Shown piece after piece: positions 26,317 through 40,720 of a stretch of 64,000 nucleotides of DNA. Both the position numbers and the translations under genes were made by a program. Below the pieces are notes generated by a model. It made no database searches and was not told where the DNA came from. It saw only the letters and a program-made list of their open reading frames with translations. How positions within the stretch are numbered: position 1 is the first letter of the stretch; the number at the start of each line of letters is the position of its first letter. Origin of the DNA: Octopus sinensis (Eukaryota); the NCBI RefSeq assembly GCF_006345805.1, contig NC_043005.1, positions 55,800,001 to 55,864,000 on the forward strand. The letters run 5' to 3'.

Positions 26317-26558
26317 CTGAAAAATGTTAAAATTAGTATTAGAAATATTGCCATTTCTAGATCTCTCAGAGAGACTTATACAGTAGCAACACAATAGAGT
26401 GATGGTTTGTTGCCAACTTAATATGGCAGTCCCAGGAAAGGGAAGAATGCTGCTGCTATTTAACCCCAGGAAACACTGTTTCCAGTTGGTTATGTGACAC
26501 AAGCGTTCTGTGTCCTTTAAGTTTTCAAATGGGAGATAAGCACCTCCACCCAGCAAAG

Positions 26559-26607
26559 CCAGTATATAGAGACTAGTTTCAGAGTCATTGCTCTTCATCA
26601 GTCTGGA
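26559..26607 (-). ncRNA. Minimal type I hammerhead ribozyme, intact core
   Basis: Minus strand reads ttccAGA-CTGATGA-AGAG caatga CTCT-GAAA-CTAG-TC-TCT. Stem II is a perfect 4 bp, stem III is the palindrome ACTAGT, the triplet is GUC, and proximal stem I is AGA/TCT. Predicted cleavage between 26571 and 26570. Confidence 0.8.
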
Positions 26608-26659
26608 ACAGCTAAATTTTAAGGGTACAATTTTTTATGATAATAATAATAATAACAAC

Positions 26660-26694
<35 letters not shown>

Positions 26695-28261
26695 TCATAG
26701 ATGCCCTGATGCAATACCAGGCAGTGACTCTCATGGCTTTTCATCTTAACTGAATTGGAAGTATTATCATGTACATGTTTTGTCTTGGTATGAAAGACGG
26801 GCTACAACAAATATTCTGCTAAATGCTACAGATTTGCTTGCCAGTTGTTTGACTTTAACCAGTTAAGCATGTCCCTTGGTGGCTGACGATATGTGCATCT
26901 CTGATCATGAGCAGAAGTAGTGGGGGAACATCATAACCATGTGCTGAGAGGAATTCTTTGGGTTTGAATATTTCACCTCTGTAAATATGGCTGTTGCATT
27001 CATCATCCTTAAACAAACCTTATTCAGGGATTTTTTGAGTGGGATGAGCTACTCAACCTGAAGAAAATTCTAACTGGACCCCTACCTGCAAGGTCATGCA
27101 CTATTTATCTTGATATGAGATCATCATGTTATGCACATATGGTTGTGTTGGCATGTGCCTCGTATACCCTTATCAATGATGATGATGATGGTGATGACGA
27201 TGACAACGATGATGATGATGATGCTGTGTTCCTAATGTAGACATAAGGTCAGAAATTTGGTAAAGGGGAACAGTTGATAATATATTGAAATTTGTATCTT
27301 ATACTTTATTGCATCGACCCCAGAAGGATGAAGAATGAAGTTGATCTTGGCATGGTTTGAACTCAGAGTGGAACTCAGACTGGAACAAATTCCACCAGGC
27401 ATTTTAGCTGATTCTATAACAACTGCTAATTTACTGCCTTAATAACAACAACAATGGAAACAATAATAATAAAGTCATAAAATTGATAAGGGGTAGATGC
27501 AGATTATATTGATCCTTTATTGGCTGTTATCATCTTCAGTTATCAAATGACACTTCTTCACCCCGTCCACACAATCACCTTATATTCCAGGAACACGGTA
27601 ACTGAAACTACTTTCCAACAATCCCCTTTGCCCACTATTCCCCCCACCCCCCACCCCACCAAGCCAGCTCACTCATTAACCCCTTTCCACACCTCACCCG
27701 CACCCACACTCTCTATCTCATTATATCTCTCATATCCATCAACAAATCATGTTTATCTCACTTAGCTAAGATAGGTTATCTGCCCTTCGACCTCCATGTT
27801 TCACTACGCGATTGTCAGAGTAAACCAAAATGATTTATGATTCCTTTATCTTCTCTTATAATAATTCCATTCACATCTAGGATGCTTTACAGAAATATAA
27901 ATCACCCTCAATGCTTATCTGTAAAGGTCTGTAACTAAACGCTGCAAGGAATTTAGTCCAACATGGCACACTAAAGTTTCCCTTCTCCATCTTTTGTCTC
28001 AACAAAGCATCTTAGCACAAAACCACTAATTTCTGTAGTAATAGTCTGCAGTTAATTAAATAACTATTGGTGGGCTGGGACTTAGTACATATTTGATATT
28101 AGTGGTACCCTATAACAGGTTGTTAATCAGCTTTTGAAAGAATGAAGGATCACATTCTTGTTGTTGTTGATGCTGCTGCTGCTGCTGCTTTTGTTGTTTT
28201 TGTTGTTGTATATCTCAGCCTGATCATGAGGAGCTCTCATCAAAGTGATACCACCAATGAT

Positions 28262-28294
<33 letters not shown>

Positions 28295-29137
28295 TTTGTG
28301 TGTGTATGTGTTATGTGTGAGTGTGTGTGTGGTGTGTGTGTGTGTGTATGTGTTATGTGTGTGTATGTGTTATGTGTGAGTGTGTGTGTGTGTGTGTGTG
28401 TGGTGTGTGTGTGCATGTCTGTGTATGCACATCCGTGTGTGCATGTCCTTGTGTGCACATCCATGTGTACATGTGTGTGTTTGTGTGTGTGTGTGTGCAT
28501 GTGTTTGAGTGAGTGTATGTTTGTGTGTATATGTGTGCATGTGTTTGTGTGTGTATGGTGTTTGTGTGTGTAGGTGTGTGTTTGTGTTAGTGTGTGCGCA
28601 TCCATGTGTGTGTGCACATGTGCATGTGTGTGTGTGTGTATCTTGGTGTATCTTGCTAGCTGAGAGGTTAAGTAGCTCACTTCATGAATATGTATTTGTG
28701 ATTCAATCCTACAGCATGTTACCATGATTGTGGTACTGGCAGCACTGGTGGTGGTAATGATGATGATCATCATCATTTCTTTTAGTCGCCAAAAGAGAAA
28801 TCAATGAGTGTACATTATATGACTAGATTATGTTGGCGTTAACATAGAAATAGAATATGAACTGAGAAAATAAAATAAACATGGTATAGACAATAAATAA
28901 ACTAGTCGAAAGACGCCTGTTGTTATATTCTTGTTGTTTGTATTTGTAATTGCGTAATATGTTCTCCATTTTTTGTCTTTGTTGTCATACACATTCGCTT
29001 GCATTCTCCTAAAAGCTTTAATGCTCTTAGCTTAGATTTTGCGGGGCAGCCAGATTTGAACAGTTTTAAATGTAACCACCCAAAACTAAACATAATTTGG
29101 TAACTTGACTGATGAGAGGAACTTGCGAATGACCTCT

Positions 29138-29301
29138 CTCTTTACTTGTTTCAGTCATTTCACTGTGGCCATGCTGGAGCACCGACTTTAGCCGGGTACT
29201 TATTCTATTGGTTTCTTTTGCCGAACCACTAAGTTACGGGGACGTAAACACACCACCATCGGTTGTCAAGCGATGTTGGGAGGACAAACACAGACACACA
29301 A

Positions 29302-29346
<45 letters not shown>

Positions 29347-29534
29347 TATATATTAATATATATATATATATACATATGTATGACAGGATTCTTTCAGTTT
29401 CTGGCTACCAAATCCCTCACAAGGCTTTGGTCAGCCCGAATCTATAGTAGAAGACACTTGCCCAAGGTACCACACAGTGGGACTGAACCCAGAACAATGT
29501 GGTTCATAAGCAAGTTACTTACCACACAGCCACC
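29138..29534 (-). mobile_element. SINE family A copy
   Basis: Reverse complement of family A. Confidence 0.82.
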
Positions 29535-30457
29535 TGTCCTGGTTTTTCCTGTCTGCCTTTGCATCGTTTATCTGTCCAGATGTTTAATTGTCATCTGTTG
29601 CATTTTTTGTTCCATTTTTTAGATTTATAATATCTTAGACTATATTTATTACCAAGATTATTTACTCTCTCCCAGCTATAACTTCCATTATTATAACAAT
29701 ACTAATTTTTTCTACTATAGGTACAAGGCCTGAAAATTTAGGGGAGGAGGACAGTCACTTACTTAAACCCCAGTGTTTAACTGATTCTTATTTTATTGAC
29801 CCCCAAAAGGGTGAAAAGCAAAAGTTGACCTTGGTGAAATTTGAACTCAGAATGCTGCTAAGTATTTTGTCTGGCAAGCTAACACTTCTACCAGCTCTCT
29901 GCTGCAATAAATAGTTTCTAGCTTAGATACAAGCTTTCAAATTCATGAGATGAAATAGTCAGTTATTTTGACCTCGGTACTTTATTGGTATTTTATTTCA
30001 CCAACCACATAATGATAAAAAGCAAAATTAACTTTAGCTAGATTTGAAACCCAGAATGTAAAGATCAGAATCAAATATCACAAAGCATTTTCTCCAACAT
30101 TCTAACAATTCTTTCCCAAACTTAGTTTGTTGTTTGGAACTTCTCAGTTTCATTAAAGTCAGCAATAACCATATCTATTAAGATATACAGACAGTAATAA
30201 CAACATCTATAGGAAGAGTCAGAGAGAAAGAGACCAAGAGAAAGAGTGGTAATCATATCAAATGGAATATACAGAGTAAGCAATAACACCATCTATTGGA
30301 GTGAAGTGAATATACAGAACGCATCTTCACTTTTCTCTGTATCATGGCAATCGCTATTCTATAGTTTAGGGATAAACATATCAGTATAAAAAAAAATACT
30401 AAATGTTCTGGCTTGTCTAGCATTATTTTTTGTTTTTTTTATCTTGTTTAATTTCTG

Positions 30458-30521
<64 letters not shown>

Positions 30522-30553
30522 CATATGTGTGTGTGTGCGTACATATGTATGTG

Positions 30554-30594
<41 letters not shown>

Positions 30595-30615
30595 CATACT
30601 TATATTTTATATGTA

Positions 30616-30666
<51 letters not shown>

Positions 30667-30734
30667 TTATATTTATATTTATATGCATGCATATATATTC
30701 ACATGTATGTGTTTTTATATATACATATATATAT

Positions 30735-30770
<36 letters not shown>

Positions 30771-31191
30771 GCATAGAGAAGTATATATGTGTGTGTGTGT
30801 GTGTTTGTGTGTGTATAAGCATATAAATATATCATATTCAGAATAAAAAAATGGCAGTTATAGTTCAGGTAATTTTTTTCATTTTTCTTTTTCTGTACAT
30901 TTTCTATTTTATTCTTTACAAATAAATATTTCTTCAATGTCTGATATTTTAAGAATATATTTGCCCGGCTCCCAACAGGGAAATACTGACATATTCATCC
31001 ATTTTATTGTCTTCATATCGATTCATCTGCCTATTATATTTTTAGTACATAAAATTCTATAATTTAGTTCTAGTCAAGATAAAATGCAGACTAATATCTT
31101 TATTTTAACATGACATACTTTACTAAAATTGGTCCTCATTTTGAATTTTTGCAGTTTATATAATGGCTAGCAAATACATACATAAATACAT

Positions 31192-31277
<86 letters not shown>

Positions 31278-31330
31278 CACACACATATAGTTATTTACTG
31301 ACATATATACATATACATATATAGATATAT

Positions 31331-31411
<81 letters not shown>

Positions 31412-32280
31412 TAGCTTTCAATAATATCAGAATTTTTTGTAACCCAGTCATTGAAATAAGCACTTTTATTCTGGAAAAAAGAAAGCAAAGAATGGAAATT
31501 ATGTCCTTTAGGTAGCAAATCAATTTTTCACATGAACCAGAGAATGTAAAGACCAGACTAAGTATGTGTTTGGGATTAGTTCAAAGAAACCATTGTGACT
31601 GTAATCTTATCATAAATTGAGATCTTCGAATACAACAAAATTGTTTCCTATCTCACACATGCAAACACATACTTTTAGAGTTATAAGCATCTACAGCCAG
31701 AGATATACATATCTATTTACCATTTCAGAATGATAGTTGGAGCTGATAACTCAACTTTTAGATTTGCTAACATGATATACAATAAACTCATTTCTCCACT
31801 TGGTTCTGTTCCAAAAATATTATCCAGTCAACTGATTTTAGTCTGTTTGTTCAATAAGAATCTGTCTGCCCTTGCTTCAATTAGGCGGTTGCATGGAATA
31901 TTTGAGACATACAAAAAAAAGAAAGAGAGGTAGAGAGAGAACTGAGGACAGGACAAGAAGAAGGGTAGGGAGAGTGAATAAGAGAGAGTGAGTGATATGA
32001 GGCGAGAGTTTAACCAAGACAAATATATATATCTCTATCAATAGGATATCTCCCTAAAATCTATTGCAAATTCAGAAACTATGCAACTGAATAATAAATG
32101 TTGACATTTTAAGTGCTGCACCACATATTCACACCCTGGTGTTGACCCGACACCAAGTGCTGAACTCAACTTCATGAGAATTCATCTATTTGATTAAATT
32201 TACTGAAACAAGTGGTGTCTGTTCAACTTAGCAAGGAAATTTCTATGTAGTTGTTAGATCTGTCTACTTATCTTTTAAAC

Positions 32281-32518
32281 CAGTGGCTCTCAACTGGGAT
32301 CCACATAAGATTTTGATGTTACAATTTGTATGTGCAATAAATTGCTTATACTTCTAGAATACACAAAATAATTTAACAATTTTTTACACATTTCCTTAAT
32401 AATATTTAATTATTAAACTATAATGGGATATTTTTAAACATCAAATGTTTATTTGGGTCTGGTAGAGTAAAATAGGAATTAAAGGTGTCTACAAGCAAGA
32501 AATGGTTGAGAACCACTG
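32281..32518. mobile_element. hAT-type MITE (238 bp)
   Basis: TIRs cagtggctctcaac / gttgagaaccactg and a perfect 8-bp TSD ttttaaac on both sides. Confidence 0.88.
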
Positions 32519-33977
32519 TTTTAAACTATCTTTTAAATTGGATATTATATATTTTAGGTCTTAAAAGGGTAAAGGGTAAAGACTCCCTTTAGTAATGAAT
32601 GACTAGAAAGCTACCCTCAGAGGCACAGGTCCAGGAAAGGTTGTTTATGGAAGAGCAGCAGTTGTCCATACATACAAGCCTCCCCTCTCCATGGGACCTG
32701 TGTTACCCAAGGGAAAGGTAAAGGCCAATACAACTTGGCACTAGTGACATCGCAGCTCATTTCTACAGCTGAGCGAACTGGAGCAATGTGAAAGTACAAC
32801 ATACAGTCCAGTCCAGGAAATGAACTCACTACCTCATGATTGTGAACCCAGTGCTCTAAAGTTAACATATCTTGCAAAAAGGTTAAACAGCTATGGGTTA
32901 AAAACTGCAATAATTTGTTCTGGGAGCTCTATGTGAGCACTTAGTCAAGCAAAACTGATGCCCACTCTATAGATTTATTCACGCAGAACTGACTGTCATG
33001 TTATATGTTTGTTCAAGCAGAACCAACCAACCCAAGTGGAACAGACTGCCATACTTTAAACCTGCTTAACAAGAAATGATCGAAGACATTCAAGATACCT
33101 CTAATATAAATGTTTGCATAAAATTTAATGTTATATTAGGTAAGGAAGGGTTTCTGTTTATAATATAGATATATTTTAATTCCTCTCTAGAGTGGGGGAC
33201 ATGTTTAGCCTTTTGATTTAAGTTAGGCCTATTCATGACTTCTGTAATACTCTCCCACATTTGTGAGATTGACATGATTGAAACTCCAAGAGTAATTTGA
33301 ATAAATGAATGATTGAAATGAATTCATATCTAGAATGGAGAATTACAACCATTTTCCATTCACAGTACACTGAATAGATCACTAAAGATATCACATGAAA
33401 ACAAGAAAGTAGTATGCTAGCAGAATCTGTACAGCATCAGAAAAATACCTTGTGGTATTAAACAATAACAAGCTTATAGTATAAAGTGCATTGGTGCACT
33501 CCAGGTCTTTACATTCTGAGTTCAAATCTCACTGAAATCAGCTTTGCCTTTTATACATCAGAGGTAGATGGAAATGGAGCACCAGTCAAGCAATGGGGTT
33601 GATGGTATTGATTTACCCATTCCCTCAAAATTGCTGGGCTCATACCAAAATCATAAACCAGTTTATAAAAATATGTATTAAAATTTCTTTAAAACATAGA
33701 TTGATGCATGCATTGCATTTTGCTGTAATGAAAAACACATGCACCAATGCAATGCAGCAAAGACACTCAAGATTTCAAAATATCCCAACATTTTCTGAAT
33801 CACCTCAAAAGCTCATGGTACACTGGTGTATTATCACATGATACACTTGTGATTGGAAATACTTGCTCCACACTATTTACATGTCAGAATCAATGTTGAG
33901 AGTCTTTTGTAGTTTTGTAATCACAAGTTTAATTCATTGCTACTAGTATGTATGTATATATATATATATATATATAT

Positions 33978-34625
33978 GAGGAGACCTGTGTGAAAAGGTG
34001 TCACTCCCTAACAGTGGAAGGAACCTATGGAAGAAGGAGACCCAGGAAGACATGGGATGAGGTGGTGAAGCATGACCTTTGAATGTTGGGCCTCACAGAG
34101 GCAATGACAAAAGACCGAGACCTTTGGAGATATGCTGTGGTTGAGAAGACCCGGCAAGGAAAGTGAGATCACAGCCGAAGCCTACACCATTGTCACATAA
34201 CCAGCCCATTTAAAAAGTACCTTTGAATCCATGCTTGAGGAGACCTATTGAGTTAAGTAAATCAAAATCAAATCAAATTATAATCATATGGAAATTGTAG
34301 TTGTGGCCATTACCAATGCTGGTGGCATGCAATAAGCACCATTCATTCAAGTGTAGGTTGCTGCCTGAGCCGCCTCACTGGCTACCCATGCCAGTGGCAC
34401 ACAATAAGCATCATCCAAACGTGGCCGATGCCAGTGCCACCTGACTGGTCCCTATGCCAGTGGCACATAAAAAGTACCCACTACACTCTCAGAGTGGTTG
34501 GCATTAGGAAGGGCATCCAGCAACAGAAACATTGACAGATCAGATTGGAGCCTGGTGCAGCCTCCTGGCTTTCTAGTCTCCAGTCAAACCATCCAACCCA
34601 TGCCAACATGAAAAACGGACAATGA

Positions 34626-34630
<5 letters not shown>
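33978..34630 (+). mobile_element. RTE-type LINE 3' end plus 3' UTR ending in (GAT)n
   Basis: GRRRPRKTWDEVVKHDL*MLGLTEAMTKDRDLWRYAV. The UTR block gagtggttggcattaggaagggcatccag is shared with 13915-14200, 16785-17040, 43400-43545, 48195-48375(-), 52665-53110, 56380-56620(-) and 57610-57790. Confidence 0.8.
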
Positions 34631-34699
<69 letters not shown>

Positions 34700-37251
34700 C
34701 ATACATACACACACACACACACACATACACTTATAATATATCATTATCAACATCATTTAACGCCCATCTTCCATATGTACTTGTATTCATATATGAGTGT
34801 AAATACACATGTACACATTCACAAGCACACACATGCACACATACACACATATACACACCTAATTGCAAAGAATAGTTAATTAGTCATTCGGTAAAAAAAA
34901 ATACTTAGAAGAAGAAACCAGCGAACACAAACATGCCGTTCTTTGTTTATTAATTTAATTACTTACTTATCTTTCCTATATTATTAATTTGGCTGGGCAT
35001 TGAATAACAACTTTTAAGACATATTGGCTCTTTGAAATAATACAAAAATATAAACATATACAACAATATCTAATAAACAACAACTTTTAACATGCATCTC
35101 CAAGACCAACATGGCAACATTTTCTACAGTGTGTTGAAATCTAATAACACCTCCTGGGTATTCTGACAGAATTTCTATGGAAATAACACCAGAGGTTTGT
35201 TATTTTTTATTTTCCTTTCAATCTTATTTACACTCTACTGCAGCAAGCTCTAGTCTCGGTTTTTGTTTTTGGACTTTTTACCTGTTATTGCCATTAATAT
35301 TATTTTTAGCTGTTTATGTCAATGAGAAAGTGTGTATTGACTCCAGCAATCTTTCTTATATAGTTAGTGGTGGCTGTTGTTGTTGATGATAATGATGATT
35401 ATTTGTTCTGGAATTGATGTCAATTGTGGAGACCTATGACAAAAGCCATTCCATCTCAAATCACCCGAATGATTTGAGATGGAATGTCATTGTAAGACTC
35501 TGGTGTCTTACAAAGAGGAAGAACACAGTGGACAATGCAGTCCAAAAAGAAGCAATATTTCTAAATACAAGAGATGTTCGTTGTTTGAATGCTTCTGAGT
35601 ATAGGCTTGTTCAGTCAGAACTGACTTGGAGTTAAGCAGCAGCAACAACAAGAATAACAGCAGTAGAATCAACAGCAGCAACAGCAGCCATTCAAGAATT
35701 TGAACCTGGAGATCTCCATTTCCAGCGATTTCGAGGGCCACCTCCCAGTGGTGTCAGGTGTCAACGAAGAGCCCTCGACTACAACAAGACAACCAAAGTT
35801 TTTTTTTTCCAAGGTCTGGGGTCTCCTGCCCCTAAGCCCTAGACCATCACCTAATCACCCTTACCCATCTTGTTGCTTGACAACAACAACAACAGCAGAA
35901 GCAACAACAGCTACAACAGCAACAATGACAACAGCAACAACAATATCCCACGGGCTCACAGACATTGTTCTTTACTCTCTTTTACCATTACTTCTATTAT
36001 CACAACCTTGGCTCTTCTGAACTAGCTAGCTGCATACTTCACCCACTTCCAGGCTTGTTCATCAACACACATGTCTCCTTCTTTCTCCCATCATTTCTAT
36101 AATGGAATCAAGGAATCAAGAAGAAAATAGGTTACACAAAATCCCTGGTTTTGGCCACTGAAAGTTTTGAAAGGCTTGGTATTAAATAATAATGCCTGGA
36201 AAATAGGGAATTGATTTGATGAATTCCACTACTCAAAATATGTCTGGAATTCTTTCAGTATTTTGACTTCAATTATGATGGGTCACAATTTTCAAAAGGT
36301 TTCAGTAGATTATTTCACTCCCAGTGCTTTGACTTATAATTGTTTTCTTGACATCTTAAAGACAAGGAGGTATGTAGCTTAGTGGTTAACATGTTAAATT
36401 CATGATCATAAGATTGTGGTTTCGATTCCTGGGCCAGGTTATGCATTGTCTTCTTGAGCAAGACACTTCATTTCACATTGTTCTAATCTACTCAGCTGGC
36501 AAAAATGAGTAATATAGAAGTTGTGGCAGGCTTGGCAAGCCAGTGATGGATGTTGGACCTGCCTAAATAAACAAACAGGAGGGAACTTTTAGGCCGATGG
36601 GCCATAGGTCTAACCCTTGTATAAGGTATTATTTTTTCTCATATCCTAAAGATAAAATTGTAAAGTAGGTCTTGTTGTGAAGGGACATAACTCAGATGAA
36701 TAAATTCAGGATAATATCACAGTAACAAAACAAAGGAAGCAATTGAAATACAAAGTCTGTTATATTAATTTGATACTGGAAGGAGGAAAAAGAATGGCAA
36801 GTGTTCTACATGTCAGACAGTGAACCACCTTCAAAGAAAATTAGAACAAGAGAAGAAATGTACTTAGGAAAGAGAAAAAAAGGGCCAAGTGTTGCATGAG
36901 ATAAAACTAAGTGCATAATTATTAAGTAAAATAATGTGGTGTGTAATTGGTTTCAAATTTTGGCACAAGGCCAGCAATTTGGAGGAGAGTGTAAGTCAAT
37001 TACTTCAACTCCAGTGCTCAAGTGGTACTTGTTTTATCAATCCCAAAGGGATGAAAAGCAAAGTCAACCTCAAAATAATTTGAACACAGAATGTAAAGAC
37101 AGACAAAATGCTGTCAAGTATTTTTCTCAGTACAATAATGATTCTGTCAGCTCTTCACCCTAATGCAGTGTGTTGCTGTTGCTGCTGCTTAACTCCAAGT
37201 CAGTTCTGATTGAGCTGACCAAATTTGTGTGGAAATATGTTCTGAAATAGA

Positions 37252-37686
37252 AAGGCAGCGAGCTGGCAGAGACAGCATGCTAGGCGAAATGCTTAGTGAT
37301 ATTTTGTCTATCTTTATGTTCTGAGTTCAAATTCTACCAAGGTCGATTTTGCCTTTCATCCTTTGGGGATCAATAAATTAAATACCAGTTGCATACTGGA
37401 GGCTGATCTAATCGAGGGGCCCCCTCCCCCAAAATTTTGGGCCTTGTGCCTAGAGTAGAAAAGAATATGCAAAGCAGCAAGCTGGCAGAAACGTTAGCAC
37501 TCCAGGCAAAATGCTTAGTGATATTTTTCCGTCTTTATGTTCTGAGTTCAAATTCTGCCATGGTCGACTTTGCCTTCCATCCTTTAGGGCTCAATAAATT
37601 AAGTACCAGTTGCGTACTGGAGATCGATCTAATCGACTGGCCCCCTCCCCAAAAAGTTCAAGCCTTGTACCTAGAATAGAAAAGAA
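37252..37686 (+). mobile_element. Tandem dimer of SINE family B with apparent TSD
   Basis: Two head-to-tail copies. atgttctgaaataga occurs at 37237 and again at 37688. Confidence 0.82.
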
Positions 37687-39484
37687 CATGTTCTGAAATA
37701 GATTTGTAGTTAAAATCTAGTAGACCAGAAGGACAGTTAGCTGTTTTGGGGAAGTAAACTTAACCTATTGTCTGGTTTAATGCCAGCACTTACACCTTTT
37801 GATATTTGAAGTGGAGTCCACAGTCTTGCGAGCAAGTATTCAACAGCTATAGTCAGAAGATAACTTTCTCCCTTCCTCCCGCTACTCTCAATGCTTCTGG
37901 AAAAAATAATCATAAGAACTTCTCCACCTCCTCTGACTAAGTCATATAAATAAAAAAAAATAATTTACTATATAGTATTTATTAAAAATTTTATGAGATT
38001 TCCTGACTCACTTCTTTGTAAGACCACATATCAAAGTGCTTTTTTTTTTTTACTCTTCTTCATATAAGAAATTGAAACTTTTGTTCAGTCAAGCAGAAAT
38101 ATATTTGAACAAAGTCTTATGTCTCACAATAGAAGTCACATCACAGTAAAATATCCGAAAATCATAATGTATTAAAGATAATCATAAATCTCAGTCAAAC
38201 CACACACACACACACACCACACACACACATATATATATTATGTATTTTCTATTTCCGTATGCAAGCAGAAATAGCGACATTTTTATTACTTAATATTCTT
38301 TCCGCTGTCGAGTCAGCAATGTTGTCAACATTTCATAGACCTATTTGTATATACAGCATACATATCACCAACATTGTCTATTTTTATAGAAAAACAATGT
38401 TTAAGAAACCAGCATCTTACATAAAGCATTGTTGACCTGAGTGGACCCATGTAGGTAGTAGAGTTCACTGAATATAGATAGAAATTTATTATTTCTGGAT
38501 CAATAAACTCAATAAATAGTTTAGACAAACAATATTCTGAATAAATCATATCAACATTGACTTAAGAAATGCACTTTCTAGAATGTGAACTTATCATGAA
38601 TATTTTGATTTACTCAACAGATTTATCAGTATTTGTGAATGAGATGAAAGAAGAATGGACATGTTGTATTGAAGCTCAGCATCATATGGAATCTTTTCAA
38701 TCTTGAGTTCAAACAGATTCTCAGATTACTGATGAACAAAATTGTCTGAATATATCCAGAATAGTTCCTTTCAAATGACTTGATTCCAACTTGAAACAAT
38801 CCCTTCTCTTCTGAATGTTTCCTAATCTACCCAGCATTAAAACCAATTTGATATTGCAATTTCTTTACTTCAAATTACTCTTAAATGCCTTGGTTTCCAA
38901 ATCATTCTATCTTTCTTCCACAAAGCTATTGCCCTCTGAAATTCTATGTCCAGATTTTATATTCCAACCATAAACTTAAGATTAAAAAAATATCCACATT
39001 CACCTTGTAGCAACTAAATTTACATTGTGATTTGATGAGTCTAAAGGAGGCAATGAGTCAGTTATCCTAAAGATTCTGGCACTCTTAGTGTTACATCAAA
39101 TTGTTCTTGTCAGAAATTCATCTAATGTTGAGCTTAACTGGACTAACTGGATCAAAACATTCAACATTGACCATATAAAGCATGTCTTAGTCTTCACTTC
39201 TAGTATTTTCCCATTCACAACCTTGAAAGTTTATAAAAAATATTAAATCAACAACAGTATTTTACTAGTTCCCTGTTTTATTAACCTCAATGGAATTTGA
39301 ACTCAGAGCATAAAAGGATGAGACAAAATATCACAGTCTGATGTTCTAATGATTCCACAATCATTAGAACAATCATTAGTATCTAAGAACAAAAAGTAAA
39401 CTTCCAAACTTAAATTTGTTACAACCTTTCAATTCCCAATTCAAATCCAAAAGAAATCAATATTTCAATAACATCTATTACTTC

Positions 39485-39557
<73 letters not shown>

Positions 39558-40310
39558 CTCTAATACTAACTTGGTTCTTTTATCTCTGACTTTCTAGATC
39601 AGTGGCAAGGTAGATGAAGATGATTGGAGATGTACCAGGGATGCAGTGGAATGATTTACAACATGTCTCACTATGTTATGACATAAATGTCCCACAACAA
39701 CAACAAATTCTGTCTGACTCATGCAAGCATGGAAAAATGGATGTTCAATAACAATGACGATGAATCACCATGATGTAATATTGTTCCTTAGTGAAGGTAT
39801 TCAGCACATAGAAACAGGCTGTCTATGGATATGGAACTAGTGGGTAATACTGAATAGTAAATATATAATGATGCTTTGTCACAATATACATTTATGGTAC
39901 TTTATCTTAAAAGTAGAAAAATAGCAGAGAAAAGGATAAAAGAAATTTAAAATTCTTAACACACTTTCTTTCTCCCTTGTATTAAAAATATGAGTCATTA
40001 CTTAATTTGGTAATATTTTAGTTGTGATATGAAAATTCAGAACATCTAATATAATGAAGGGGATATACACTTCAAAGAAACTGGTACCTTTTAAACATAT
40101 TTCCACAGGAAATTAACATAACACTCTCAGGAGGATAGAAGCACTTACTTGAAAGTACAACTAGCCTAGGTTCTTAGTGCCTATGTCAAAAACATCATAT
40201 CAACATAGGCACATTCATGCCTATGTGCTAAAAAGCTTGGTTCCAGGTTCAGTCCCACTGCATGGTACCTTGAACTAGTGTCTTCTACAATAGCCTCGGG
40301 CTGATCAAAG

Positions 40311-40341
<31 letters not shown>

Positions 40342-40342
40342 G

Positions 40343-40720
40343 TAGGTGCAGGAATGGCTGTGTGGTAAGTAGCTTGCTTACCAACCTCATGGTTCCGGGT
40401 TCAGTCTCACTGCATGGCACCTTGGGCAAGTGTCTTCTATTATAGCCTTGAGCTGACCAAAGCCCTGTGAGCGGATTTGGTAGAAAGAAGCCCATTATAT
40501 TTATGTGTGTGTGTATGTGTGTCTATGTGTGTGTCTGTGTTTGTCTCACCCACCATCGCTTGACAACCGATGTTGGTGTGTTTACATCCCCATAACTTAG
40601 CAGTTCAGCAAAAGAGCCCAATAGGATAAGTACTAGGCTTGCAAAGAATAAGTCCTGGGGTCAATTTGTTCAAATAAAGGCAGTGCTCCAGCATGGCCAC
40701 AGTCACATGACTGAAACAAT
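40343..40720 (+). mobile_element. SINE family A copy (head-to-head with a partial minus copy at 40220-40312)
   Basis: Colinear with family A. Confidence 0.82.

Noticed and set aside
26317-26598. ORF 26086-26598 extends in frame upstream of the exon and contains ILPFPGT, resembling the EFHC1 LPFLPG start
   Set aside because: This stretch is the ribozyme-bearing repeat (similar to 62560-62705), and a good acceptor sits at 26317-18. The resemblance is most likely chance.
29109-29140. CTGATGA-gagg...cctc stem
   Set aside because: Interrupted by a SINE and no GAAA/UH found on the other side.
34961-35000. Minus-strand ATG...GTAAGT candidate first exon of EFHC1
   Set aside because: Ends in phase 1 (or 2) while the next exon needs phase 0, and has no similarity to EFHC1.
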